Source of the DNA: Podarcis muralis
Taxonomy: Eukaryota
Reading direction: 5' to 3'
Length of the DNA stretch: 64,000 nucleotides
NCBI RefSeq assembly: GCF_964188315.1
Contig: NC_135668.1
Coordinates: forward strand, 38,688,001-38,752,000
In this document: positions 1 through 12,543 of the stretch, piece by piece
Position numbering within the stretch: position 1 is the stretch's first letter
How the letters are laid out: every line of letters begins with the position of its first letter
Notes under the pieces: model-generated
Seen by the model: only the letters and a program-made list of their open reading frames with translations
Database searches by the model: none
What the model was told of the DNA's origin: nothing
Made by a program: the position numbers and the translations under genes

Positions 1-208
1 CAGAGGTCCAGCCAGATCCCAAGGTTTCCGCAACCCGAGGATCACTGTTCTGCGCATGCAGGTGGCAGTAGACCGCTTCTGCACATGCACGTAGGGGCGG
101 GAGACCTCTTCTGTGCATGCGGCAAAACCTGGCCCGATACTTCCGGGTTTGATGCTTTTGTAATGTGAAGTTTACGTAAAGAGGGTTACATAAGCCGAGG
201 TGCTACTG
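1..208. mobile_element. Right end of a Tigger/pogo-like (Tc1-mariner) non-autonomous DNA transposon, cut by the window edge
   Basis: Ends ...CCGAGGTGCTACTG followed by TA (209-210), resembling the reverse complement of the CAGTGGTACCTCGG TIR at 36074; CpG-rich interior. Confidence 0.6.
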
Positions 209-820
209 TACTTGTATCAGGCTCCCAGTGGTTTTGAGAGAATCATTGTAGTAATCAGATGCTGTATTTTGGAGAACTATGCATGCTCTATGGAAAAGCT
301 CATGAAGGAAATAAGCTGCTGAAACCCTCAGAAAAAAAATAATCAAGCCAACTTCCTATGCACCAAGAAGAGAGTGTATATAAATAACCACAGGGTCGAG
401 TGAGGCTAACAGCTGATGTCCCAGTATATTCTTGTTTTCAAAAATGAGTTTGTAAATTATATGAGAATCTCCAGCTTGGTCGAAGCTCTGCTTTCACAGC
501 AGATGACAAGGCCTTTCTCTTGCATCCTCCTTGTTGTTCCTACCTGGATCTGCTGACTAATATAACTGTGGTATGCAATAAACAAATCTCGACCAGAGCC
601 ATAATACTGAACTGCGGAAACCAGCCCTTAATTATGGATGAAATATTATGAAGCATCTTAATGAAATCTTCTGCTGTCTGACTCCCCCAAATTTTAGCTA
701 AGTTATACTTCATACCCTTCTAGAAACAATAGCTAATTGGTACCATTACAAAAGGTAAAGGAGACTGGGACTCCTCTAGCTCCCTTGCAATTTGAGCACT
801 GGGGTTAACTGATTTTTGTA

Positions 821-1070
821 TGCTAGTGTGGTCTGTTAGTGGTGTTTGGGAACTGAGTTCAAATTCTACAAGCAACTGCTATAGGGACAATCTATGTGAT
901 CTAAGGGTACAAATCCAACTACGACTTTTTACTTCTCTTTGAATCTCAAACAAACATAGATTGCTGGATCTTTTGATTATCTTCTGCTTTTTAAATTAAA
1001 ATACTTAGGACATCCCTCACAGGGTTATTAAGATGAGTGAAACAAGAATTATAAAGCACAATTAAAATAA
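821..1070 (+). mobile_element. Degenerate MIR/Squam3-like SINE
   Basis: tRNA-like head remnant (ctagtgtggtctgttagtggtg...gagttcaaattct) and core-like cctcacagggttattaagatga near 1016-1037; heavily diverged. Confidence 0.35.
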
Positions 1071-1643
1071 TATATGGAACTTTAATTGTGCTTTACAGTC
1101 CTTATCTTCTGTACATATTTAATAGGTTAAAAACTGGTTGCCGCTTGTCTGCTAGCCCTCCTTAGAGATGGAATGTTCACAACCTTTGAGGAGCAAGGCT
1201 TAGTTACAGAAGGAACAGTGGAAAGAAAGCAGGGATCCAGTTGGTAGCATGGCTGAAAAATAGAACAAAATAGCCAGCATGCTACAAAATCAGCAGGTTC
1301 CTGTAGAATGAATGTGGGTGATAGTAAAGTGTTTAGAGAAAAGAGGGACTGGAACATAGAAAGCTGAAGAAAAGAGAGGTCAAGGGGAAAAGGTGCTGGG
1401 AAACCCTCACACAAAAGCTAGGGGGAGGAAGAGCTATGTGAATTTGGCAGAGTAATAGTTTGCACCAAGGGGGAAATGGGGAATGAATGACATATCTTCT
1501 TGGTTTTACCTAACCAGCCTAGTCTTTTATCTTGAATCTTTAGTAGATATATACACAAGGCTAGGCAATAAGAAAAAGGATGAGTTGACAGTAGTATAAA
1601 TAATGGTTTCTGTAATGCCTTCTGCATGTGCTTTGCTCCTCAG

Positions 1644-1743
1644 AACCCTGTAAGAATCAGCCACAGAGCAGAAAACACTCTGTCTCCAAGAGTCTGAAGT
1701 ATCTCTTCCACCCTGGCAGCAAATTCTTAAAAACACTGAAAAG
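1644..1743 (+). CDS. ANKFN1: ANKFN1-like exon (first in window): EPCKNQPQSRKHSVSKSLKYLFHPGSKFLKTLKR
   Basis: Acceptor ctcctcag|, donor AG|gtaagg; resembles ANKFN1 RKQSVSRSLKHLFHSSNKFVKTLKR. Confidence 0.9.
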
Positions 1744-1997
1744 GTAAGGTGGGGGGAGAATATGCCATCCGTCCACCTATGCACCCCCTTGCTATATTTG
1801 TTGAGTTTCCCAGAAACCGGGTGCGTGGGTCACTTCACTGTTTCCCAGGCACTTCAGGGGAACAAGGGAAATAGGGAGGGAAGCTACTGTATCTTTATTC
1901 CATTCCTCACTCCTCACCATGGTGGAAAGAATACTTCCCAGTTAAAACAATGATGATGATGAATCCCTCCCAAGCTAACTCTTTTCTATTTTCCCAG

Positions 1998-2130
1998 GGG
2001 CCTGTATCTGGCATCAATATTCTACAAGGATGACAACATATTGGTCACGCATGAGGATCAGATCCCTGTGGTCGAGATAGATGACACCTATTCTTGCCTG
2101 CTCATGCAGGACTTTCTCTGGTTCACTAAG
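1998..2130 (+). CDS. ANKFN1: ANKFN1-like exon: GLYLASIFYKDDNILVTHEDQIPVVEIDDTYSCLLMQDFLWFTK
   Basis: Acceptor ttcccag|, donor AAG|gtgacc; phase matches neighbours. Confidence 0.95.
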
Positions 2131-2514
2131 GTGACCGCTTAGTAGGGTGACTTTTGAATGTGTGTCATTTTAGGTTAAATAAATATGTTTAAAAGAACAT
2201 TATAAATTTACATCAAAATACATATTTTGTAGTCCATTGAAACATTTTCCTTTGACTCTTCCTATTTCTAGTAAGTAAAAACAATATTGTTACTTTACTT
2301 AAGAAAAATTTAAATATAAGGAGAGGGAACCTAGCATAGGACAATATGAAAAGGTGCACAATTGCAGTGAGAGAGAGACTCTAGTTAGGATACAAACATG
2401 TTTCCTCTATTCATTTTTTTAAAAAAGCTGAACTTGGGGAACTTCATACCCGCTGTATATAAAACTGGGCAGACCTGAGAATCCTAGAATGACCTGTTGC
2501 TATACTTGATGTAG

Positions 2515-2634
2515 GTATCGTGCATGTGGGATGAAATCCTGTGGCTGCGTCAGTGTGTCACTGTCTCCCAATCATCATGTTCCTGCATTCTGCAAACACG
2601 TCTCAAGATGCTTCTGGCCATCTCACAGATGCAG
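2515..2634 (+). CDS. ANKFN1: ANKFN1-like exon: VSCMWDEILWLRQCVTVSQSSCSCILQTRLKMLLAISQMQ
   Basis: Acceptor gatgtag|, donor CAG|gtaaga; 120 nt, phase 0-0. Confidence 0.93.
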
Positions 2635-3856
2635 GTAAGAAAAAAGGCCTCTTCAAGGCACAGGAGTGCCAAAGATGGGTATTTTGCCAGCTAGGCACAT
2701 ATCACTCATACTCAATCCATTGATATTTAGGTCAAAATCATTAGATCTGAACTTCAGCTAGATAGATCTAATGCCCTTCATATACTAAGCAACTCAGGCA
2801 GGTGAGTAGGATTGAAAAGTCAAGGAGATACAGCCATCGCTAAGAAGGCATTTGAGTTTGAAGCAGAAGCAATTGATAACGTTCAGAATTTCTTGGGTGT
2901 GTTTCTGGCCAGGGGCCAATTTCTGTGTTCCTTTCCAACATAAACTCACCTCTTGGGAAAAATCTTAATGATAAATGGTTAGCTGTTCAAACATTTGTTT
3001 CATACCCAACATGAACATTGTGAAGCCATTATGTCATCTCTGTGCTACATTATTGGGAGCAAAACAGACATTTCTATTTTTATGCTCTATTTTTCATGTT
3101 TTAACAAGTATCTTAATAGATCAAGCTTTAATTGATTAACTAGTGCAATTCATCAGTTAAGAGTTTAGTTGCAAATATATAATGCACACCAGGTACTTGG
3201 GAGTAGTCCTCCAAAACAGATTCCTTCAATGCCAGTAAAGTAATTATTGAGGAAAGTGATATAGATTGCAGAAAATATTAACTTATTCTTCCTTTCTGCC
3301 TGACAACAGACCTCAAAGGTGGCTGAGAATAAGCAGAAATAAATATGTAACAAATATGAAAATAGGGGTGACTGATGAAGATGGGGGAGGCAGTGGTGCA
3401 GACTATGTACTCCCTACCATTTTCCCGATGAAAGGTTATTCAGCCTGGTGGTATTATAAATGATAGTGACATATTGAAATGGCTGTACTTGTTGGCTATC
3501 ATGTATAGCCAGTTCCATATATGGTTAAGCTTTTTCGCAAGCAACTTTTTAACTATGTACGATGAATATTTGCATTGACAGACAGCAGAAAGCAAAGATT
3601 TCAAGAAGCCAATGGCCATCTTAGTCACTCTTCATAATGAGTAAAAAACATTGTTCATTCAGATTCACTAAAAACAGCTTTGCCAAAGTGTTGTAATTTA
3701 TAAATATATGTAAATTTAATTGGTTAATTGTTAAAATATGCTTTCATCTGTTGACAGCCCTGCTTATTATTCATGTATTGTCAGGTGACTTTGGTTTTAG
3801 GTAGCAAAGGAGCACTTCTGTCTGAATATTTAAATGCTCAATACCTTTTACTGTTA

Positions 3857-4082
3857 CAGTGGTACCTTGGTTCTTGAACTCCCGAAACGGTTTGAAAACC
3901 AGGCTGCAGTTTCCGATTGGCTGCAGGAGCTTCCTGCACTCAAGCAGAAGCCGCAGAAGCTGTTTAGTCAGACGTTCGGCTTCCAAAAAACGTTTGCAAA
4001 CCGGAACACTCACTTCTGGGTTTGCGGCATTGGGAGCTGATTTGTTCAGGAGCCAAGCCATTCGGGAACCAAGGTACCACTG
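3857..4082. mobile_element. Tigger/pogo-like MITE in an ANKFN1-like intron
   Basis: TIRs CAGTGGTACCTTGGTT / AACCAAGGTACCACTG; TA on the left, TG on the right. Confidence 0.85.
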
Positions 4083-4171
4083 TGTACCCTTGGAGAGTAT
4101 AGAGGATATGCTATCTAGAGTCAGACTCCACTCTCCATAAATGACTTTTTCCTCTCTTTATTATTATGAAG

Positions 4172-4387
4172 GGTCTGCTGGGAATTCAGGATCTGGGACA
4201 TGTCTTTTTTGAGCCCATCAAAGACAAGCAGGGCAATATTTTAGTTGTGACCCTAAAGGAGGTGAAGACAAACCAGACCTTTGAAAGTGTCCACTGGGTC
4301 CCCCTCTCAAAGCTGCAGACAAGCCGCAAGTCCATCTCATCTCCAGAAGAGCCTACAGCTCTGGATGTGCTGCTGATGACCATGCAG
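4172..4387 (+). CDS. ANKFN1: ANKFN1-like exon: GLLGIQDLGHVFFEPIKDKQGNILVV...PEEPTALDVLLMTMQ
   Basis: Acceptor tatgaag|, donor CAG|gtgcct; 216 nt; part of ORF 4166..4546. Confidence 0.93.
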
Positions 4388-4393
4388 GTGCCT

Positions 4394-4394
<1 letters not shown>

Positions 4395-4432
<38 letters not shown>
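4395..4432. repeat. (GT)n microsatellite
   Basis: About 19 units, starting 7 nt after the donor at 4388. Confidence 0.97.
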
Positions 4433-4434
<2 letters not shown>

Positions 4435-5827
4435 AGTGATGGAAAGACTGTGCTCATATTCAGAGGCACTCAGTGACAGACTAAATACTTTGCATACAGA
4501 AAATCCCAGGTGCAGTCCCAAGTCTCTCCAGTTAAAAGGATTTTAGGAAGGCAGGCTGGAAAAGACCACTACCTCAGACCTTGAAAATCCACTGCCAGTC
4601 AGAGAAAACAAGGATGGAGAACCCCTGGGGGTCAAATGCAACCCTTCAAGTCCCTCTCTGATCCTCAGGACTCTTCCCAGGCCACACTCACTTTGCTTTT
4701 GCTACAAAGAATGTCATTGAATTCTGTTAATGTCTCTTGCTTTTTGGATGTAAGATAGAGAGGGGTGTGTACATGTGGAGAGACTGGACTACTATATAAA
4801 AATTAACATTCATTGTTCTGGTCCTGCCCACCACTATCATGTGCTCCCCAGAAGGTTGCCAGAATAGGATGTGGACCCCAGGTTAAAAGAAGTTCCCTAT
4901 CTTTGGAATAACCAGTACTGGTCTAGGCAGACCAACTGTCTGGCAATACATGGAACTTGCAGGTGCTGGTGTTGTTTATTTACATGTTCCAGGGCATTCA
5001 AAATGGATTCTGGTGCTAAATTGTGGTGATACTTGGCTTGCATTAAGTCCTGTTTAGGAGTGCAGAAGTTCAGCTTCCTTTTTGCTTAGTTTTTATTCAA
5101 GGTATGTGACACGTTGCAGAGGCAAAGGAAAAGTTGGTTTCCCAGGTGTAAGTTTTCCCACTAGGGATTCAGATAACTATTTTTGATACATTTACCCTTC
5201 TTGCATCCAGTCTCAGTTGTTTTCCCAGCTTGTTAGCAGGTCTTAGCAAAGAATCCCTTCCGTGAGTGCCCAGCCTTTCCTCCTTCTCTTGACCCCTCGT
5301 CTAGTTGTTCCTCTCTCTTTTCATTTCCTCTCAGTCAGCCAAGTGTCTCCAGCAACAAAAGGCACTCAAGCACCTGTACAAGGGTCTATTGAAAGTGCTT
5401 ATTCAAAGCCATTGCCAGGATTAGCAAAGGCCAAACCACTAAAGGGCCAGTTCAACGCAGTCTCTGTTCCTGGAGATTGCAGCACTAGTCTGGATATCTG
5501 ACAACAACAGTCTCCTTTGTAAAATTTCTGGTGCCTCCTGCCCCGTGCCAGTCTGTCTCCTGAGGCTTTTGGTCTTGGTTGGATCCAGGAAGCTGCAGAC
5601 AAAATAGCTAGACTGAACTTTGAATTCAAGCCACACAAACTGTTAAGTTTGATCTGCTGCTGCTTTTTTTAAAAAAATTAAAAAATCCACCACTGTTTTA
5701 ACCCTTACTGGCTAGAACAGCAGCATCTTGGGATCTTAGCCTTGTTGTGGGGTCCCTCTTTCTCAGTTGAATTTTGTCAGGTTTCTGCAGCAAGATGTGC
5801 CATTTTATGGTCATTTTCTCCCTTTAG

Positions 5828-5994
5828 GACAAGCTGGTTTACCACCAGCGAAGCAGCCAGGCTCTCCCCCCAGGTCTCTATTTGGGTTACCTGAAGCTCT
5901 GTAGTGCTGTTGACCAGATCCGAGTGTTGGTGCCTGAACGTTTACCCAACATATTATGTCATGTGAAGATACGAAGCAACCCAAACATCTCCAG
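5828..5994 (+). CDS. ANKFN1: ANKFN1-like exon: DKLVYHQRSSQALPPGLYLGYLKLCSAVDQIRVLVPERLPNILCHVKIRSNPNISR
   Basis: Acceptor cctttag|, donor AG|gtaggg; conserved GLYLGYLKLCS motif. Confidence 0.95.
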
Positions 5995-6783
5995 GTAGGG
6001 CTTTCAATCCAGGCCTGCAGCATAAATTGATGGACAAGGTTATTTCTTAATCCCATTGTGCTCTACATCACTTGCTCTCAGTCAGAGGGTTAGAGGTAGG
6101 GAGATCCCTTGTTGGTTTGACTACAGCTAAATGGGTACGGTCAAGAGAAATGGAAGAGAGAATATATGGACAGGGCAGGCAGGTTTGCCAGCAGGTTGAG
6201 ATGGTGATGTTAAAAGAAGATCTTTCCAGATATCTGATGAATTGCTCATTAAATGATGTTATATGTACTAAGTAAGGAAAAGTCACATACTGAACTGAGA
6301 TCTTTTGGCTGCATATTAATCATGTGATAGCAGCTCCAGGTGGTATAACCAATCTGTGACTTCTGAAGCAACTGCAGGTTCCTATTCTGATCTCAGACTA
6401 TGGCAGTGAGATATTTTTAACTCTCTCTGCTCTGCTGGCTCATGGGTCCAATATAAGAACTTTAGGGTTGTATGCCTTATACCACCTAACTTAGTGGTCC
6501 AAAAATGATCCCCCCCCTGCTCCTAGCTCTTTGCCCTAGTTCCTTCCAAGTGAAAAGGCCAGGTTTCATGTCAAAAGTCCATATTTATTCCAATACTAAA
6601 TGCCCTCATGATATGCAGCCGTTGAGGGTTTCTTTAGACATCACACATTTCCTACATGAAAGCACTTCCAGAAGTGTGAAAATGCATGTCCTAGCAAGCA
6701 ACAACATAATCATGTACGTTTTTTCCTAGGCATTTACTGCATGTAAGCTATCTGTGCATTTATCCCTATGTCTTCTTTTCAAG

Positions 6784-6934
6784 GGAGGAATGGGAGTGGC
6801 TGCAACACCAAGCCAGTGCGGAGGAGTCAATTCCCACAGAGCAAAATCTCGAGACCACCCAGAATCTCTTCCTTCAGGAGCTTCAAGTGGCAATCAAAGA
6901 GCTGATGCAATTGGTCAATATCCCACTGCATGAG
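6784..6934 (+). CDS. ANKFN1: ANKFN1-like exon: EEWEWLQHQASAEESIPTEQNLETTQNLFLQELQVAIKELMQLVNIPLHE
   Basis: Acceptor ttttcaag|, donor GAG|gtaact. Confidence 0.93.
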
Positions 6935-7723
6935 GTAACTTTTAGGTGGGGCTGTATTGTGTGTGTGAGGAGAAAGAGGTATTGCTGGTTTTGTAGCTCA
7001 GTGAAACATTACTGCACTGGCGCTAGTTTACATTTTTTACATTTCTACTTCATATCATGAATATTAAGCCAATATACAGATAGAAATTATTCTTTATAAG
7101 CAAGAACAATGTAGCCAAGGGTGAGCCCTACACTGAAATAATTCCCATTCTGATGCAGATTCTCTGTACTGCAGTGTAAGCAGCCCCTGCTCAAGCAGTA
7201 GTGCAAACTGTAAGATAGGACTGCACCTCAGAGAATGTCTAAAGTAGGTCAACTTTATAAATATTGGCTAAAACTATTGTACCTAGTTTTCTTGGCATGA
7301 TTAAACAAAAGAAGCCTGCAAGATGAACCCCTGGGAGTGTTTTTTTTTAAAAAAAAGGTTTAAATATCGGGGGGGGGGGGGGTATTCTACCCTATAGGAT
7401 TAGGAGAGTCTGACAGCAGCAGAAATGACAGTCTAAACATTAGATCCTGCTATCCACCTCCCAAAAGTTCATTTGCTTCTTATGTAAAGCCTGTTGGCCT
7501 TCTGTTACTTTGCCAAAACTTAGTAAGAATGTATCTATGAACAATGGCAAAGATCTAAAAGGATGTCTTTAAGAAATATCCCAATATTGTAGGAAAAAGC
7601 CATTTCAACTCAAAGCTGCAAAAAGATGGTTTCAAAGAATCGTCCTCCATACATGTTCAACTGGTTGCTAAGTTGTGGCTGTACATCAATAAAACACTGC
7701 CTTCTCATGTTTGAATTCTACAG

Positions 7724-7892
7724 GCCAAAGATTTTCGCCTGTACAGTCAAGAAGTTCTGGACTTCGGAGGACAGGTCTCATTTCTCCTCCTTCTGCCTCC
7801 CTCCGAGGATGTGTGTACTGCCCCTGGCCAGAACAATCCTTACACACCTCGGTCTGGCTTTCTCACACTTCCACTTCAGATCTTTGAGCTAG
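7724..7892 (+). CDS. ANKFN1: ANKFN1-like exon: AKDFRLYSQEVLDFGGQVSFLLLLPPSEDVCTAPGQNNPYTPRSGFLTLPLQIFEL
   Basis: Acceptor ctacag|, donor G|gtgaga; highly conserved family motif. Confidence 0.95.
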
Positions 7893-8584
7893 GTGAGAAT
7901 GGCTGCATGGGGACACTTTGGGATGTATCAATTTTGTTGTCCTCTGCTTCCTTCTTCTTCACAAAGGGACTGTGTCATGTCATCCTTAATCCAATGAGTT
8001 TCTTAAAAAGTACTTTAAAAATCTTTTAAGTGATTGGGACCTCTAAAGGTCTTAATCCAGCCCTGGCCTGAGGACCACATATATACCAATTTTTTTCAGG
8101 TTGAAGGCTACATTGACCCATGGCTAACCCTCTGAACCAAATTATGAAAATAGGCATGGCTACAGTGTAAAAGCGGGTGTGGCCCCCTTTTAAGGACATA
8201 AGTGGGTGTCACAAAACCTTTTCCCCATTAAATTATCACAGTGGGGGAACCATGGGAGCAGTCAGTTTAATATTTCTTTTTAAGGTGGACACATTTTTTA
8301 AAGCATCATGGCACGACACTGGGGAACTTAAAAACTTTTTTTAAAAGTTCAAGTTTTTTTAACTTTTTCTTTTAGTAACAAATTGAGGTTTTTTGAGGTG
8401 AGGTGTTTATATGAGATACATGTTGGCCACTGCAATAAAATCAAACAAATATTGATAGTCCAAATTCATCTGTGAGCTTTTTTCTACTTTATATATAGCT
8501 CCAGTTCTGTTGGCAATGATTAGATCTGCTTCTGTGATGGTCCCCTGGTAATCCTTGACCCCCTCCTCTCCCTTTGTTTTCCAG

Positions 8585-8751
8585 TTCATTTTTTCACTTA
8601 TGACCATGAGTTCATTAGTCAGTATTGCCAAGTGTCTGCCCTCTTGGAGCTGGAGTCACTTCTCTCTCAACAGAGCCTCAGAGAGGCCTTTTCAGACTCA
8701 GAATTAACTACTGCCAAGCAGAGGCATCAACAAGTTCAGGACTATATACAG
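8585..8751 (+). CDS. ANKFN1: ANKFN1-like exon: VHFFTYDHEFISQYCQVSALLELESLLSQQSLREAFSDSELTTAKQRHQQVQDYIQ
   Basis: Acceptor ttttccag|, donor CAG|gtatgt. Confidence 0.93.
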
Positions 8752-10423
8752 GTATGTTACAGAGGAATAGTAGAAAGTATTGAGTGTGAGATGCTTGGCA
8801 TGATATGCTAGGCAACAAATTGCTGGTCCCCTGTATAACCAATCCAATATATCCTCTTTACATGGCTAATTGCTGGAATATAGCTTTCTTGCTTTGGGAT
8901 TGCATGCAAAATGTTTCCAGTAAACAGGGGATTAACAATCTCACTGCCCTAGGACAGGCAAAGTCACATGGAACCAAAATGATTGTATCAGTCATCTCTG
9001 GCTCCATACCTTGCCTGCCCTGCCTTAAGACAGAGCTTTTTACAGATCTTGCTTCTTATTCCTTCATGGTTTTTTATTCTTACTTTGCCAGCTCCCGGTT
9101 CCTTATTAATTTGCTTTTTTTCCTGCCTGTTGTCTAAAATAAAAGGGAAGGGAAGGACAAGTATATCCAGTCATGCAAAGGTATCACCTCTTCACAATCT
9201 TCCCTCCATAGTGATGGCATCCAATACCAGTCTCCTCTCCTGGGCAAGGATGGTTCAGGGGATGTGAAACGATCATGAGTGACCTCACACCATAAACTAG
9301 CTGGAGTTGTGAGTGATCTTATTCACCCTTTTAGGCCTTTGCATGACAGTTTCACTTTCACCTATGGCTTAGTCCACACCATAACAGTGAAAGTGCACCT
9401 GAACATGCAAGGAGTGACATGCCACACAGGTCTGTATAGCAGCAGGAGGAATCCTTCCTGCTGGGTGACTTTGGTGAAGGCCAGCCTTCTCTACAAGAAT
9501 GACCAGCACATCAAGGGCCCTGCAAATGTGCAGACTTCCTCAGCAAGCAGAGAGTGGAGTTTCCCTAGTTAGTATTAAGTCAAGTTCAGCAGTGGTTCAG
9601 GAGATCATGGACAACCACAAGTTCTCCTGGTTGTTGGATGAAGGAGCAGAGGGGTTGGGCACCCTAAATCTTCAGTGACAAGAGGATTTCTATATGCCTT
9701 TCTGTGAATCTCACTGATTTCCAAGATGTTGAGGAAGAAACCCACATCATCCTGGCAAGTACCTTTTTGGTCCAGTAGACCTTTGTTTTTCAACCTCCTT
9801 CACCTGGCATTTCAAGGTATGTGGCAGCAATGACCTATTAACCCAGAGGCATATATACCATCCAGACCCAGTCGGGCTAACACTAACTGCTCGGTAGCTA
9901 AGCGGCAGACCTTCTGCAAATTAGGGTCCTTGAAGCAGATCCTTCCTGTTCTGCTGTCATATAGATGCCCAGCCACACTTTGAAAATATATAGCAACATG
10001 ATACTGGCTGTTCTAGGGCAGTGGGAGTGTTAGTTCACTGTTTACTGGATCCTGCTACATATACCAGAAAGAACATTAGTAGTAACTAACTAACATTGTT
10101 TTATGGGATAGCTCCTACCCCAGAACTCCCACTTTTGTTTCTTACTAGTCAAAGCATCTGGCTGGTGATGCCAGCATGCTTTCAGCTGTGTTGTGCTGCG
10201 TTAAGATTTATTTATTGTCAATAATGAAGGATCTCAAAGGCATGCAGCAGATCTAGCCAGCAAGCCCATCTAAATGTTAAGCTTGTCTCTTGTCAAATCC
10301 AAATTTGTCCTCTAGAAGTGACTCCAAAACTTTTCCCCCATGGACCACTTGAAAATTGCTGATGGTCTTGGCAGACCACTTAATGCTTTTTCTTCCTGTT
10401 GTAGCAATTGTAAATCACTGTGC

Positions 10424-10548
10424 TTTTAATTGTATTTTTATTCTTTTATTTTTTTATATATTGTATTACAATTTGAATTACATTGAATTCCAACTGTAAC
10501 ACAATAAAATACAAAATAAGAAAGCATCCAATAAAAATACAATTAAAA
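10424..10548. repeat. AT-rich inverted repeat
   Basis: TTTTAATTGTATTTTTATT (10424-10442) is the exact reverse complement of 10530-10548; inner arms are imperfectly complementary. Confidence 0.85.
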
Positions 10549-11216
10549 ATCAATATGAATATTTCATGCAATGGATGGGCCATCTCCTGTCTTCAACCAC
10601 AAATCCAAAGACATGCTGTGGACCACCAAAATGAAGCTTACCTGCCTGAGATTGATCTTAACTGCCTGGCAGTTTGAATGCAAAGGGCTAAGATGTGAGG
10701 GAATTTCAATGACTGTTTAAAAAGAAATCGATCTTATGCCACCTTCTATTATGGCCTTGGGTAAATTTACTTCTCTGCAAAATCCTGAATTCAGGGAATA
10801 AGTATGGAGTGGGGATTAGAGGGGGAGTTATGAGAAATGACGCAATCCTAGGAAAGTGCTCCTGTTTGAGACATGTTCAATGAATGAACCCTATTTATCC
10901 AGATTGGTAGCACAGCACAGCAGTTCTTAAGGAGTTTCAAGGAACGTGTGGGGTAGTTTCAGGGCTGTAAAAAGTTACCCATGCCACACCAAGTGACTAC
11001 ATCCCAGTGTGCATAAGCTCTACATGTGTATTAACATAAGCATATAGAAACCAGATCCACCCCACATGGAGGATCTTTAAGAGCATCCATCAATATGTGT
11101 GTACAACTCCTTCTCATACAAAGATGGCAAAATTTGTGGCTAGCCTGCTGCACAGCCTCCTGAACGATTTTTCAGTGTCAAAAAAGGAGCTGATTCTGTG
11201 TCTTTCTCTTGGACAG

Positions 11217-11427
11217 CAAATGGAGGAGATTTGGCGAGAAATGCGCTGGATGATGGATGCATTGCAGCATGCCCGGTACAAGCAACCTTCTGGTGGCATC
11301 CCACTCACATGGTTTCTTGAAGAATCTAGCATTGTACTAAAGGAGAAAACACGATCAACCTCTTCCCATTTGGACTTCCTTCCCTCACCTACCCCTTCTC
11401 CTGAAATGAGCCGCAAGTTCAACTCTG
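11217..11427 (+). CDS. ANKFN1: ANKFN1-like exon: QMEEIWREMRWMMDALQHARYKQPSGGIPLTWF...PSPTPSPEMSRKFNS
   Basis: Acceptor ttggacag|, donor G|gtgagt; lies within ORF 11097..11522. Confidence 0.92.
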
Positions 11428-11881
11428 GTGAGTTTCCTTTGCATTTTTCTGGACTTTTTATAACTGCTAATCAATCCCCTCTCCTAGTCCAGCCCTCTGC
11501 TCTAACATGGTATCTTATCTAAAACCTCCACAGTAACTGTCTGGACAACCTCTTCTGCAAGTATTCTGACAAGGACATTCTACCATTTTATCTCCCTAGA
11601 TAGCTTATTCTCGCTTATTCTCTTTGCCCAGATGTTTTTCAAAATCCATTTTACAGATAAATCTGTTTCGCTGAATAAAGGCTCTTTAGGTGGGTGGTTC
11701 CCACATTTGGGAAATTGGCAAGTTACCTGTTTTGGATGGGTTTGCATTCCCTCAGAAGAAGTTTGGGGGGGTACTCCTGGATACATCTTTGTCACTAGAG
11801 GCCCAAGTGTCCCCTGTGGCTATGAGTTCCTTTTACCAGCTTCATCTGGTTTGCCAACTATGGCTGTTCCTGGACAGGGAT

Positions 11882-12543
11882 AGTCCATGCACTGGTAACC
11901 ACTGCAGTCCATGCATTGGTAACCTCAAGGATAGAGTACTATAATGTGTTCTATGTGGGGCTGCTCCAGCTGGTGCAGAATGCTGCAGCCAGATTGCTGA
12001 TGAGGAGTTTCTAGTCAAGAACATGTGACAGCATTGTTAAAAGAGCAGCACTGGCTACCCACCTATTACCGAGCCAAGTTCAAGGTTCTTGTATTGATTT
12101 ACAAAGCACTGAACAACTTGGGTCCAGGGCACTTTGGGGATCGTTTGAACCTTTGTATTCCAGCTCGATCACTGAGATCATCTGCAGAAACATCTATGGT
12201 CGTTCCCTGAATTGATGAGGCTCATTTGATAACCACGAGAAATCAAGCCTTCAGTGTCCTCAGTCCAGTCTTGTGGAACACCCTGCCAATAGAGATTCAG
12301 TGGGCACCTTATGTGTCAACTTTTCAAAGCTTGCTGAAAAATTTTCTATTCCACCAGGCCTACGCAGACAATTAATAGTACATGCCCACAATGGTCTATT
12401 GATGTTTGTTTTTAATTTCTTTCTGCTTTTAACTTGTTTTTAACATTTATAATTTTACTATTTGGTTTTCTGTTTATATTGTTGTAAACCGCTGTGATGT
12501 ATTTTTTATGATACAGCGGTATAAAAATATTTTTATAAATAAA
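11882..12543 (+). mobile_element. L2 (LINE2) 3' fragment
   Basis: Translates to L2 ORF2 C-terminal motifs (VHALVTSR, LQLVQNAAAR, HWLP..YRAKFKVLVLIYKAL); AT-rich tail ending ataaataaa; 19-bp tandem duplication at the 5' edge (11882-11900 / 11906-11924). Confidence 0.85.

Noticed and set aside
209-1643. Further upstream ANKFN1-like exon (FN3/ankyrin region)
   Set aside because: No AG-GT segment with family-like translation ending in phase 1 was found; the exon is presumably before the window.
4166-4546. 126-aa standalone ORF (likewise 11097..11522, 13801..14352, 16794..17123)
   Set aside because: These are internal exons plus intronic read-through; their listed start codons are not real initiation sites.
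7368-7383. Poly-G tracts as functional G-quadruplexes (also about 32447, 47453, 60276, 62123)
   Set aside because: Simple homopolymers, often inside TEs; no evidence of function.
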